A stretch of 64,000 bases of DNA from Pseudomonadota bacterium (lineage in GTDB: Bacteria; Desulfobacterota; Desulfobacteria; Desulfobacterales; UBA11574): contig JBDRPF010000039.1 of NCBI GenBank assembly GCA_043827325.1, positions 5,694 through 69,693 on the forward strand. Reading direction: 5' to 3'. Made by a program: the position numbers and the translations under genes. Below are positions 55,424-64,000 of the stretch, piece by piece (positions within the stretch are counted from its first letter, which is position 1; each line of letters begins with the position of its first letter). The notes under the pieces were generated by a model, which saw only the letters and a program-made list of their open reading frames with translations, was not told where the DNA came from and made no database searches.

Positions 55424-57075
55424 TGGAAAAGCTGCCTTTAGGATTAGTCCTGGATTTGCGTAAAGTGGTGCCTTACAAAACAGGGTCATGGCGGACCCTG
55501 ATGCCGGTGAACATAACCCAGATTCCGCCCTGCACGCACAATTGCCCTTCGGGCAACGACATCCGTGGGTTCTTGAGAGTCCTTGCAGAGCGGCAGGACT
55601 ACGAAGACGCCTGGCATATTCTGACCCGCACCAATCCTCTGCCGGCAACCTGCGGCAGGGTCTGCCCCCATCCCTGTGAGGGGGGGTGTAACCGCCGGGA
55701 TTTTGACACGCCCCTGGCCATAAACAGCGCGGAACGCACCGTGGGGGATTATGGTCTGGAGCAAAAGCTGGAACACATGAAACTCCTCTCGCCTCGAAAA
55801 GAGAAAGTGGCGGTGGTGGGATCCGGACCGGCAGGGCTTTCATGCGCGTTTCATCTGGCCAAAAGGGGGTTTAAGGTAAAAATATTCGAAGCGAACAGCG
55901 AACCCGGCGGGATGATGCGCTACGGCATCCCGTCCTACCGCCTGCCGAATTACATCCTGAAACAGGAAATCGACAATATTCTCAAGCTCGGCATCGAGCT
56001 GGAATGCAATGTCAAAGCGGGTGTCAACATTCCGATGGATCAGTTGACCCGGGAATATGACGCGGTCTTTTTGGGACTCGGCGCCCAGATCGGATCATCC
56101 ATAGGACTTCCCGGTGAAGATGTGCAAAACGTTTATACCGGTGTGGAGTTCCTGAATCAGATCAACAGCGGAAAGATCGTGGAACTGGGCCGTGACGTGG
56201 TTGTCATCGGCGGCGGCAATACGGCCATGGACTGTGCCCGCGTCGCCAAACGGCTGGGCGCGAATGTCAGTGTCTTTTACCGGCGTACCCGAATGGAGAT
56301 GCCTGCCATCAAGGCCGAGATCGATGAAGCCATGGAAGAGCGCATCATGTTTCGTTATCACACCAACCCGGTAAAGATCCTCAACGATGAAGGTCGGTCC
56401 ATCGGCGTTCTTTGCGTCCAGATGGAACTGAAAGAACCGGATGCCAGCGGCCGGGCCAGACCGGTCCCCATCAAAGGTTCGGAAGCGGTTTATCCGGCGG
56501 ATACCGTCATTATGGCAACGGGCCAGGCCGTGGATTATGACGGCATCGACATCCAGAAAATGGACAACCAGTGGATTCAAACAAATGACAGGTTGATGAC
56601 CAGTATGGACGGCGTATTTGCCGGCGGTGACGCGGTGATAGGCCTTGAGACGGTTACCGCGGCAATCGGACAGGGCACCCGGGCCGCGTCCGCCATTGAA
56701 GATTACATCGAAGGCAGGGTGGAAAGCAGACTGGCCCAGCCGCCGGTGCTCTATTCCAAGGATCTCAATACGTACTACTATAAATCCGCAAAACGATTCA
56801 CCAAGGAAGCCGTGTCCATTCACCGGCGACTGAAGGGTTTCCGGGAGATTTATCCGGCGTTTGATGAAGAGGAGATCATTAAAGAAGCGGAACGCTGTTT
56901 CAGCTGCGGTCTCTGTTTTCATTGCGGCAATTGCTATATGTACTGCCCGGACAATGCCGTAAAGATATCGCAAAAAACGGGAATGTACGAATTTGACCTG
57001 GACTTCTGCAAGGGATGCGGCCTTTGCGTCAAAGAATGCCCCTGTCATTATATTCAGATGACACTTGAAAAATAA
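55423..57075 (+). CDS. GltD/NfnB-like NAD(P)H-dependent flavoprotein fused to a C-terminal 2x[4Fe-4S] ferredoxin domain
   Basis: N-terminal Cys motifs CTHNCPSGNDI and CGRVCPHPCEGGCNR. VAVVGSGPAGLSCA and VVVIGGGNTAMDCA Rossmann motifs. C-terminal CFSCGLCFHCGNCYMYCP and CKGCGLCVKECP. ATG overlaps the beta-subunit stop. Confidence 0.85.
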   Translation: MEKLPLGLVLDLRKVVPYKTGSWRTLMPVNITQIPPCTHNCPSGNDIRGFLRVLAERQDYEDAWHILTRTNPLPATCGRVCPHPCEGGCNRRDFDTPLAINSAERTVGDYGLEQKLEHMKLLSPRKEKVAVVGSGPAGLSCAFHLAKRGFKVKIFEANSEPGGMMRYGIPSYRLPNYILKQEIDNILKLGIELECNVKAGVNIPMDQLTREYDAVFLGLGAQIGSSIGLPGEDVQNVYTGVEFLNQINSGKIVELGRDVVVIGGGNTAMDCARVAKRLGANVSVFYRRTRMEMPAIKAEIDEAMEERIMFRYHTNPVKILNDEGRSIGVLCVQMELKEPDASGRARPVPIKGSEAVYPADTVIMATGQAVDYDGIDIQKMDNQWIQTNDRLMTSMDGVFAGGDAVIGLETVTAAIGQGTRAASAIEDYIEGRVESRLAQPPVLYSKDLNTYYYKSAKRFTKEAVSIHRRLKGFREIYPAFDEEEIIKEAERCFSCGLCFHCGNCYMYCPDNAVKISQKTGMYEFDLDFCKGCGLCVKECPCHYIQMTLEK

Positions 57076-57182
57076 TCCGGTGACCGGCGGCGTGATCGTT
57101 TTGGGTTCCGATCATTCCTGATCTCTGCAAGTTCGATTCCGTGTGAAACCGTTTAACGTGCGAACCTGAACCGCCATCAAAT

Positions 57183-57219
57183 AAAAAGCCCGCCTGAAAA
57201 GGAAGGCTTTTTATTTTTT
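57183..57219 (+). terminator. Probable rho-independent terminator after the oxidoreductase operon
   Basis: aaaaagcc ... ggcttttt stem with an internal loop, followed by attttttg. Confidence 0.45.
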
Positions 57220-57220
57220 G

Positions 57221-57236
57221 TGGAATTATTTTTGCG
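57221..57236 (+). promoter_or_regulatory. Candidate sigma54 (-24/-12) promoter
   Basis: TGGAATTATTTTTGCG: the GG and TTGC have the spacing of the TGGCAC-N5-TTGC consensus, 50 nt upstream of ATG 57286. Confidence 0.35.
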
Positions 57237-57285
57237 AAAATCACTTGCCGCCCCTTAAAGAAATGCAACTCATTCAGAGAGCCTC

Positions 57286-60226
57286 ATGAAAATTATTGAC
57301 AAACTCAAAGCCATATCCCGATCACGAAAAATTCTGCTGGGCGTGTTTGTTGCTTTTCTGGTTTACACGATCACCGGCTTTCTGGTGCTGCCCCCCATCG
57401 TCAAATCCGTGGTTTCGGAAAAACTCTCTCTGGCCTTGCATCGTGACACCCGGGTTTCGGGTGTAAAGATCAATCCTTACACCCTCTCCGCCCGATTAAC
57501 CGGACTAACCGTCATGGATACGGATGGAAAACCGCTCACCGCCGTTGATGAGATTTTTATAAATCTCCAGCTTTCGTCTCTGTTCAAACAAGCATTGGTT
57601 CTAAACGCATTCCACGTCCATGGTCCGTATTTCCGCATCGTCCGAACCGGATCGGACGGGTTCAACTTCTCAGATCTCATTCCCGAAGAAAATCGCGCCA
57701 AAGAAAAAAATCAACGACGTGAAACTTCCGCTGGTGGTTGTCGATCATCTGGAAATCGGGAACGGGCAGATCCTTTTTTCCGATCGATCTCAGGGGCAAC
57801 CGTTTACCGCATCACTGAACCCGTTCGATGTTACGATGGATCATTTCAGCACCCAAAGGGACCGGCAGGCGACATTCAAATTCGCTGCAACAACCGGAAA
57901 CAAAGAAACCATCGAGGGGGAGGGCTCTTTTTCCGTCAATCCGATGCAATCAGAAGGCGTCATTGCCCTGAATGGAATGATTTTGGAAAAATACGCGCCC
58001 TATTATCAACATTACGTTCAATTCGACATCGCCGGGGGCACGATGGATTTTAAAACCGGCTACCGGTTTCATTTGGCGGAATCCGAACCGGCCGTAAACC
58101 TTTTCCAGACACATTTTTCCCTGAACGCATTGAAACTTGAAGACCGCTCAAAGCACGAAGCATTTTTCACGCTGCCCCGGTTTTCCGTCGACGACACGGA
58201 AGCGGATTCACTGGCCCGGACCATCACCGTCGGCAGCCTCTCCACCGATGATGGATTTCTGCTCTGCCGGCGGTCCAAAAAAGGCCTTCTGAATCTTGAG
58301 AATCTGGTCGTACTGCCGGAAAGCTCAGCGGAATCGAAGCCGGCAGAAAAAAAACCTGCAACATCAAAACCGTGGCAGGCGGATCTCAAAAACCTTGTGG
58401 TGAAAAACTATACGGTGAGGTTCAATGACCTTCAACCGCCGGAACCCGTGGACTTCACGCTGGACAAAATCACTCTCACTGCCGAGAACCTTTCCACAAA
58501 AAAGGACGCCAAAGGAAATACCGCCGCCGCCATGCGGTACAACAAGAAGGGCACGATATCTGTCCGTGGCCCCGTGGCCGTTCAGCCGCTTTATGCAGAT
58601 ATCCAGGTCGAGGCAAGCAACATCAATATCCGCCCCGTTCAGTCATATATCACCGATATTGCCCGGATTGATATCACCGACGGAAATGTCAACGCGCGGG
58701 GCCGGCTCAACCTGTCTTTTACGGAAAAAACCGGCCCGAAGATCCGTTACCAGGGCAAGGTTGCCATACGCTCCATGGCATCTGTCGGCAAAACAACTGG
58801 CGATGATTTCGTGAAATGGGACGCTTTGGATTTTCGCGGAATGGATATAAACAACAATCCCGTTCGGATCGACATCGATCAGGTGGCGCTGACCGGTTAT
58901 TACACACAAATAGTCATCAACCCGGACGGAACGATCAATGCCAACCGGATTGTCCGGCGGGACAAACCGGAAGAAAAGCCGGTGTCCGGTAAAGCCGGCG
59001 CCGCCGAAAAAGATACAAAAACGTCGCCCACACCGGAAATCAACATCAACACCGTAACCCTGCAAAACGGCACGATCCACTTTGCCGATCGATTCAACAA
59101 GCCGAATTTCGAGACCGATCTCATGGAACTCGGCGGCCGGATTTCAGGGATTTCTTCCGACAGCGCGTCGCGAGCGGACGTTTCTCTAAAGGGCGTGCAT
59201 CAAAGCTCGGCCCCGCTGGAAATCAGCGGAAAGATAAACCCGTTGATCGACAGTCCTTTTGTCGATGTGAAATTGAGTATCCGGGATATTCAACTCAGCC
59301 CGTTTTCACCCTATTCCGGAAAATACATCGGTTATATCATTGAAAAAGGAAACCTCCATGTTGAACTGGCATACACGCTGGAGAACAGCAAACTGCACGG
59401 AGAAAACCGGATTTTCGTCGATCAGCTGACACTGGGAGATAAGGTGGAGAGCCCCGATGCGACTTCCCTGCCGGTTCGTCTCGGCATTTCTCTTTTACAG
59501 GACCGCAACGGCCGCATCTCACTGGATCTGCCGGTGGACGGAGATATCAACAATCCCGACTTTAACGCCGGCAAGGCTGTCTTTAAAATAATCGGCAACC
59601 TGTTTGCAAAAGTCATCACCGCACCCTTTGCCGCCTTCGGTTCCATGTTCGGTGGCGGCACGGAGCTCAGCTTCATCGAGTTCGATTACGGAAGCACTCA
59701 AATCACTGATATTGCGAAAGAAAAGCTGGACACCCTTACCGCCGCCCTTTATGAGCGGCCTTCGGTTCGGCTGGACATTGCCGGCGGAGCGGATCCGATG
59801 ATGGACCGGGATGCCCTTGCAACTGTTGAACTGAAAAGCCGTTTAACGGCGGAAAAATTGAAAAGCCTGTCCAAAAAGGAGCGTGAAACCCTATCGCCGG
59901 ATCAGGTCATCCTCTCGCCTGAGGAATATGACCGGTATTTGAAAAAGGCTTACAAAGATGCGGATTTTCCAAAACCCAGGGACGAAAAGGGGCGGATCAA
60001 AAAACTTCCCCCCGAGGAGATGGAGAAGCTCATTGGCACGAATATTCGCATCACGGATGACGCGCTGCGGATCCTGGCGCAAAAAAGAGCCTTTTCCGTT
60101 CAGGAGTACATCCTCAAGAGCGAAAAAGTGACGCCGGAGAGGATCTTTGTTCTGGAACCCGAATCTTTTTCGTCGCCGAAAAGTGCGGATGGCGTGAAAA
60201 GCCGTGTAAACTTTACGTTAAAATAA
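57286..60226 (+). pseudogene. DUF748 (AsmA/TamB-like) envelope protein, reading frame broken in an A7 run
   Basis: ORF 57286.. carries the DUF748-type N-terminus (TM helix, then V.INP.TLS..L..L...D..G.PL.......INL.LSSL). After the A7 run at 57704-57710 that frame becomes Arg-rich nonsense, while the frame of ORF 57620..60226 continues plausibly (KINDVKLPLVVVDHLEIGNGQILFSD). Removing one A joins them. Confidence 0.75.
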
Positions 60227-60256
60227 CACCTAACTAACGCCTAAAGGAGTAAGCGG

Positions 60257-60973
60257 ATGGTAAAAAAAATATGCGCCCCGACGCCGAAGAATCGTTTTGT
60301 TTTTGTACGGCTTCCGGTCATCGCCCTGAAGACCCTTCTGCTGACCGGCCTGTCGGTTGTTATCCTGGCAGGCTTGTCTGCCGGTATTTTGGCTGGGTGC
60401 CAGGGCACCCTTTTCGAAACCCGGTCCGACGAACCGCCCCCATCCGTTACCGTCTCCGGCATTCAGCCCGTGTCGCCCCAGCCGCCCGGTGAACAGTTCC
60501 GGCCCGGGTTGAGCGTGCTCTATTTTGACAAGTTCTTTGAGCGCCACATCAATAAGCTGCCGGTCGGCAAAGAAGCGTTAAAGAGAGGCACGCCGGGAAA
60601 ACCCATCCCGTACCTGAACCACAGATTCGGCGAATCAAATGTATTTGACAGCCGCAACAACCGCGGTATCGGGATGCAGATGACCGGACTGCTCCGCTTC
60701 GATCGTACAGGCGATTACGTGTTCAAGGTGAAGAGCAACGACGGCTTCCGGATGTTCGTCGGCGATCGAATGGTCCTTGACGATCCGACGGTGCACGCCG
60801 ACCGGTTCTCGGCGCCGGCCACGGTTCGGATGAATATTGCCGGATGGTATCCGCTGATGATCCAGTATTTTCAGCGCAAGGGGACGGCCACCGTCGAACT
60901 CTACTGGCAGCCCCCCGGCGCCGCGGATTTCAGTGTGGTTCCGCCTGAAGCGTATGCCCATCTGCCCATGTGA
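60257..60973 (+). CDS. PA14-domain lipoprotein
   Basis: Lipobox (ILAGC). PA14-like segment GLLRFDRTGDYVFKVKSNDGFRMFVGDRMVLDD....H.......V.....GWYP..I.YFQ..G.A..EL.W. Confidence 0.7.
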   Translation: MVKKICAPTPKNRFVFVRLPVIALKTLLLTGLSVVILAGLSAGILAGCQGTLFETRSDEPPPSVTVSGIQPVSPQPPGEQFRPGLSVLYFDKFFERHINKLPVGKEALKRGTPGKPIPYLNHRFGESNVFDSRNNRGIGMQMTGLLRFDRTGDYVFKVKSNDGFRMFVGDRMVLDDPTVHADRFSAPATVRMNIAGWYPLMIQYFQRKGTATVELYWQPPGAADFSVVPPEAYAHLPM

Positions 60974-61038
60974 TGAGCCCTGGCCCAGAGGCCCCGGTTT
61001 TCCAAGACTAAATAAATACATTGTCCTTTTCACTGCAT

Positions 61039-61067
61039 TTGACAAACAGACAATAGTGTCATAATCT
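61039..61067 (+). promoter_or_regulatory. Sigma70-like promoter
   Basis: TTGACA, 17-nt spacer, TAATCT, 100 nt upstream of ATG 61168. Confidence 0.35.
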
Positions 61068-61167
61068 ACCTGACCAGAGCGGTTCTCAAAATTCTGAACA
61101 TATTTATGAAAACCGCCTTAAAATCCGGGTGAATTGATTCGCCCGACAACTCTGCTGCGGAGGACCT

Positions 61168-61668
61168 ATGAAAAATCAGCTTGGAACCTTTGTTTTCCGC
61201 CTGGCGCTTATTGCCGTCATCGGTATTGCGGGTTTCGGCGTCGGTTTCGCCGGAGATCAAAAAGATATGGGGGGCTGGGAAATCGACAGTCCTTACAACC
61301 GCCTGTACAGTGCAAATGAACTGGATCGCATAAAAGCCCGCATCGAGGACATCAAAGAAGTCGTTCCCCTGCCGGGCATGTCGCCGGGCGTGGCGCTTGT
61401 TGTCCGCGAATCCCCGGAGGATGAAACCATCCTGGTCCACCTGTGCCCCACCGGGTACATGGATTCGAAAAGCACGGGACTCCGAAAGGGCGATCTGGTC
61501 AAAATAAGAGGGGTCTGGATTGAAATCGGCGACAATGACGCCTTCGCGGCGTCTAAGATAACCAGAGGCGAAGATTTTGTGCTCAAGATCCGTTTAACCA
61601 AAGACGGCAAACCCTTTTGGGCCATGGACCCTTATGAACTGGCCAAAGAAAAAGCGACAACCGAGTAG
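61168..61668 (+). CDS. Hypothetical secreted protein (166 aa)
   Basis: Signal-like FVFRLALIAVIGIAGFGVGFA. GGAGG 5 nt upstream of the ATG. No family recognised. Confidence 0.55.
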   Translation: MKNQLGTFVFRLALIAVIGIAGFGVGFAGDQKDMGGWEIDSPYNRLYSANELDRIKARIEDIKEVVPLPGMSPGVALVVRESPEDETILVHLCPTGYMDSKSTGLRKGDLVKIRGVWIEIGDNDAFAASKITRGEDFVLKIRLTKDGKPFWAMDPYELAKEKATTE

Positions 61669-61743
61669 TTCCGGCACAACCGGCCCCTGCTTCCACCGGA
61701 GGATGAGAGGAACCGGGGCCCCATCCTGGAGGCATTGTACATC

Positions 61744-62244
61744 ATGGTCGATTCCAGCTATTTAAAAGAAAACCAGTATCTCATCAAAAAACTGATGCGA
61801 ATTCCCGCCCTGAAGTCCTTTACGGAAGAGTCTGTCCAGAAAATCCTGGAGATGAGCAAGGTCAAGGTGTTCAAGACCGGGGATTTGATTTTTGAAGAGG
61901 GCAGTTACGCGAACCTGATATACTATTTGATTTCCGGACAGGCCAAAGTCGTTAAAGACGGCAAAAAACTCGTCGTTTTACAGCGCACCGGGGATGTGTT
62001 CGGTGAAATGGGCCCCATTGACGGCTCTTCCAGATCAGCGTCCGTGTATGCCGAAGATGAAACGGTCTGCATTGAAATCGATTTTTCCCAACTTGAAAAA
62101 GGACCGGAAAAGGACATGCACGCGTTCAGGTACATTGTTTTCCGCGGATTTGCCGAAATATTGGCCAATCGTCTGAGGGTCACCACCGAAGAGTTAATCC
62201 ATGCCCGGAAGGAGATCGACGAACTCCGGCTTCTCGTTGAATAA
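61744..62244 (+). CDS. Cyclic-nucleotide-binding domain protein
   Basis: cNMP-binding cassette F..G..I..EG.......Y.L.SG...V......L......GD.FGEM......RSASV.A. Stand-alone ~165 aa. Confidence 0.8.
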   Translation: MVDSSYLKENQYLIKKLMRIPALKSFTEESVQKILEMSKVKVFKTGDLIFEEGSYANLIYYLISGQAKVVKDGKKLVVLQRTGDVFGEMGPIDGSSRSASVYAEDETVCIEIDFSQLEKGPEKDMHAFRYIVFRGFAEILANRLRVTTEELIHARKEIDELRLLVE

Positions 62245-62311
62245 GGCTGCATGCTGATGTAAATAAAATTGCCCGGCCGGCTTGAAACAGACTGTTATTA
62301 TGGCAACGGCG

Positions 62312-63265
62312 CTATAACCGCTGTAACCGGACCTTTCCCGCAATCGAAACCCACTCCGTCATTCCGCGCACATCAACGATCTCAAAGCCCTGAGCCGCCA
62401 TTTTTTCAATCACGGCGTCTTTTTCTTCTTCAAGTATGCCTGAACAGCAAAAAAACCCGCCGTCGAACAGCACCCGTTTCATGTCGTCCAGCAGGGCCAA
62501 AACCGCCTTGGTCGTAATATTGGCGGTGACAAGATCAAACCGTTCCGATATCCTGTCCACAAGATTACAGGTGATAATGTCAAACCGTGTGTCGTCTATA
62601 TTGTTCCGGATCAAATTCTTTCGGGCAACCGTTACGGCCGTGTCATCATTGTCTGTCCCCCGGATTTTTCCCGCACCTAATTTTGCGGCCGCAATCATCA
62701 ATATGCCGGAACCGGTCCCCACGTCCAGAAGCGCATCGCCCGGCTTCATGAAGGTTTCGATCATCCGGAGACAAAGCACCGTTGTCGGATGCGTACCCGT
62801 TCCAAAAGCCATTCCGGGGTCGATCTCGAGAACGATTTCATCCGGCCCGGCATCATAGTCCCGCCACGCGGGTTTCACGACAATTTTTTTGCCGACCTTC
62901 TTCGGCCAGAAGTAGGCTTTCCACGACTCTGCCCAATCTTCCCCGTCCATCTCTTCATAAACAATCCTGCCGGACATGCCGGTTTCTTTTTCCAGCACCG
63001 ACAGCCGGGTCTCGAGAATTCCGCAATTTTCTTTTACCTGATCGTCTTTGAGAAAATATCCGATCACCGCGTCATGTTCCGGAGGGGCCTCGGCATCATC
63101 CCCCCAGTCCGCATCCGGACTCAGATCCGTCTCTTCAATAACAACGCCCTGCAATCCCAATTCATAAAAAAGGTTTGAAATCAGTTCCTGAGCAAGTGTC
63201 CTGTCAACCGAATCGAAGATAACTTTTGCTTTGATCCATTTATGTATTTTTATCTCTAAATTCAT
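62312..63265 (-). CDS. prmA: Ribosomal protein L11 methyltransferase
   Basis: PrmA length and motifs: IDPGMAFGTGTHPTT, LDVGTGSGILMIAAAKLGA, SGIL. Confidence 0.9.
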   Translation of the reverse strand: MNLEIKIHKWIKAKVIFDSVDRTLAQELISNLFYELGLQGVVIEETDLSPDADWGDDAEAPPEHDAVIGYFLKDDQVKENCGILETRLSVLEKETGMSGRIVYEEMDGEDWAESWKAYFWPKKVGKKIVVKPAWRDYDAGPDEIVLEIDPGMAFGTGTHPTTVLCLRMIETFMKPGDALLDVGTGSGILMIAAAKLGAGKIRGTDNDDTAVTVARKNLIRNNIDDTRFDIITCNLVDRISERFDLVTANITTKAVLALLDDMKRVLFDGGFFCCSGILEEEKDAVIEKMAAQGFEIVDVRGMTEWVSIAGKVRLQRL

Positions 63266-63339
63266 CCGTGTATCGTTCCGGCATAATTTATAAATTGACC
63301 AGTATGTTGATATCTATAAGAAAAAAAATAAATCTGTGG

Positions 63340-64000
63340 TCAATTGTTAAATTTTTCTTTGGGCGGGTTGAAGTACCCATATATTAAATTCGGAAAAGCG
63401 GTTCGAACCCGCCCGAGGAGCGTCTTCATGCCGATCGATTCACCCTGCGCTGCGGCGGTGTCCATTGCTTTCCAGTACACTACGGGGTCGAAATTCAGGT
63501 TTCGCCACTGGATCATGTTTACGGGGTATTTTCTGATAAACGCGATCAATGCGTTTACCTCTTCCGCGGTGTCGGTGAACCCCGGACAGTTCAGGTAATT
63601 TATGGAGACAAATTTTCTGCGGCCGAGGGCGGTTTCGACACTCTTTTTGACATCTGAAAACCCGTAGCCTCCGGGTTTAAAATAGGCGGTGTAGCAGGCC
63701 TCTCTGACACTGTTCAGGCTGACCCGGATGCTGTCCAGACCGGCGTCGAACAGGGTGGCCAGTATTTCAGGCCGGCCGGCATTGGTATTCATGTTCAGGG
63801 TGCCGCTTCGGGTAGCGGAACGGATCATTTTTATGGCAGGCGCGATAACCTCCGCTGCAAGCAGGGGGTCGCCTTCACATCCCTGCCCGAAACTGACAAC
63901 GCTCCGCCGAACCCGTTGTATATGCGCCAGGGCCACTTCCGCGATCTCTTCGGGAGACGGCGTAAACGAAATCCGCTCCTGGGTTGCGGGAATCCGGTCG
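63340..64000 (-). CDS. Radical SAM-type protein, C-terminal part (gene runs off the window end)
   Basis: The frame stays open upstream of the first Met to position 64000. It has ...SFGQGCEGDPLL... and TIM-barrel-like SAM-radical body patterns. The N-terminal CxxxCxxC lies outside the window, so the family call is tentative. Confidence 0.55.
   Translation of the reverse strand, partial: DRIPATQERISFTPSPEEIAEVALAHIQRVRRSVVSFGQGCEGDPLLAAEVIAPAIKMIRSATRSGTLNMNTNAGRPEILATLFDAGLDSIRVSLNSVREACYTAYFKPGGYGFSDVKKSVETALGRRKFVSINYLNCPGFTDTAEEVNALIAFIRKYPVNMIQWRNLNFDPVVYWKAMDTAAAQGESIGMKTLLGRVRTAFPNLIYGYFNPPKEKFNN

Noticed and set aside
56095-57048. 317-aa ORF on the minus strand (similar cases at 54704-55399, 30489-31217, 46722-47423, 43674-44309, 2031-2672, 5663-6271 and 12593-13228)
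   Set aside because: All are embedded opposite genes with strong family motifs and show shadow-frame composition.

Overview
This is a 64-kb chromosomal segment. Its gene content looks like an anaerobic deltaproteobacterium (Desulfobacterota-like), but that is inference from gene families only. All calls come from motifs I recognise by eye in the ORF track plus manual reading of intergenic DNA; no searches were run.

Most of the window is housekeeping:
- Methionine/SAM cycle: a Cys/Met PLP enzyme, metK and ahcY.
- Cofactor and nucleotide genes: panC, nadB, queD, pyrE and cobO.
- dnaJ and prmA.
- A tolC-ftsE-ftsX-envC-ctpA-yibQ envelope cluster.
- A long minus-strand operon: rocD, a COG2403 P-loop protein, arcC and a five-gene peptide ABC importer.
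- A three-subunit 2-oxoacid:ferredoxin oxidoreductase followed by a GltD-like flavoprotein fused to a ferredoxin domain.
- An acyl-CoA dehydrogenase-ACP-KASII-KASIII-acyltransferase lipid cluster.
- Two tRNAs, Val-GAC and Gln-CTG.

No rRNA, CRISPR array, intact transposase or intact integrase was seen.

The stretches most worth a second look:
1. An AmmeMemoRadiSam locus (47.5-52.4 kb). Its Memo-AMMECR1 fusion carries a signal peptide and its radical SAM enzyme carries a twin-arginine-like leader. It encloses a spermidine-synthase-like polytopic membrane protein.
2. An AT-rich islet at tRNA-Gln carrying a Panacea (DUF4065) antitoxin and an abutting MazF-like ORF of unknown C-terminal half.
3. 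A ~5-kb block (6.4-11.5 kb) bracketed by 40-nt direct repeats. It carries a DacZ-like diadenylate-cyclase-domain protein and a multi-PAS hybrid kinase.
4. Three families of short structured intergenic repeats, one showing compensatory base changes.
5. Several gene remnants and homopolymer-associated frame problems.
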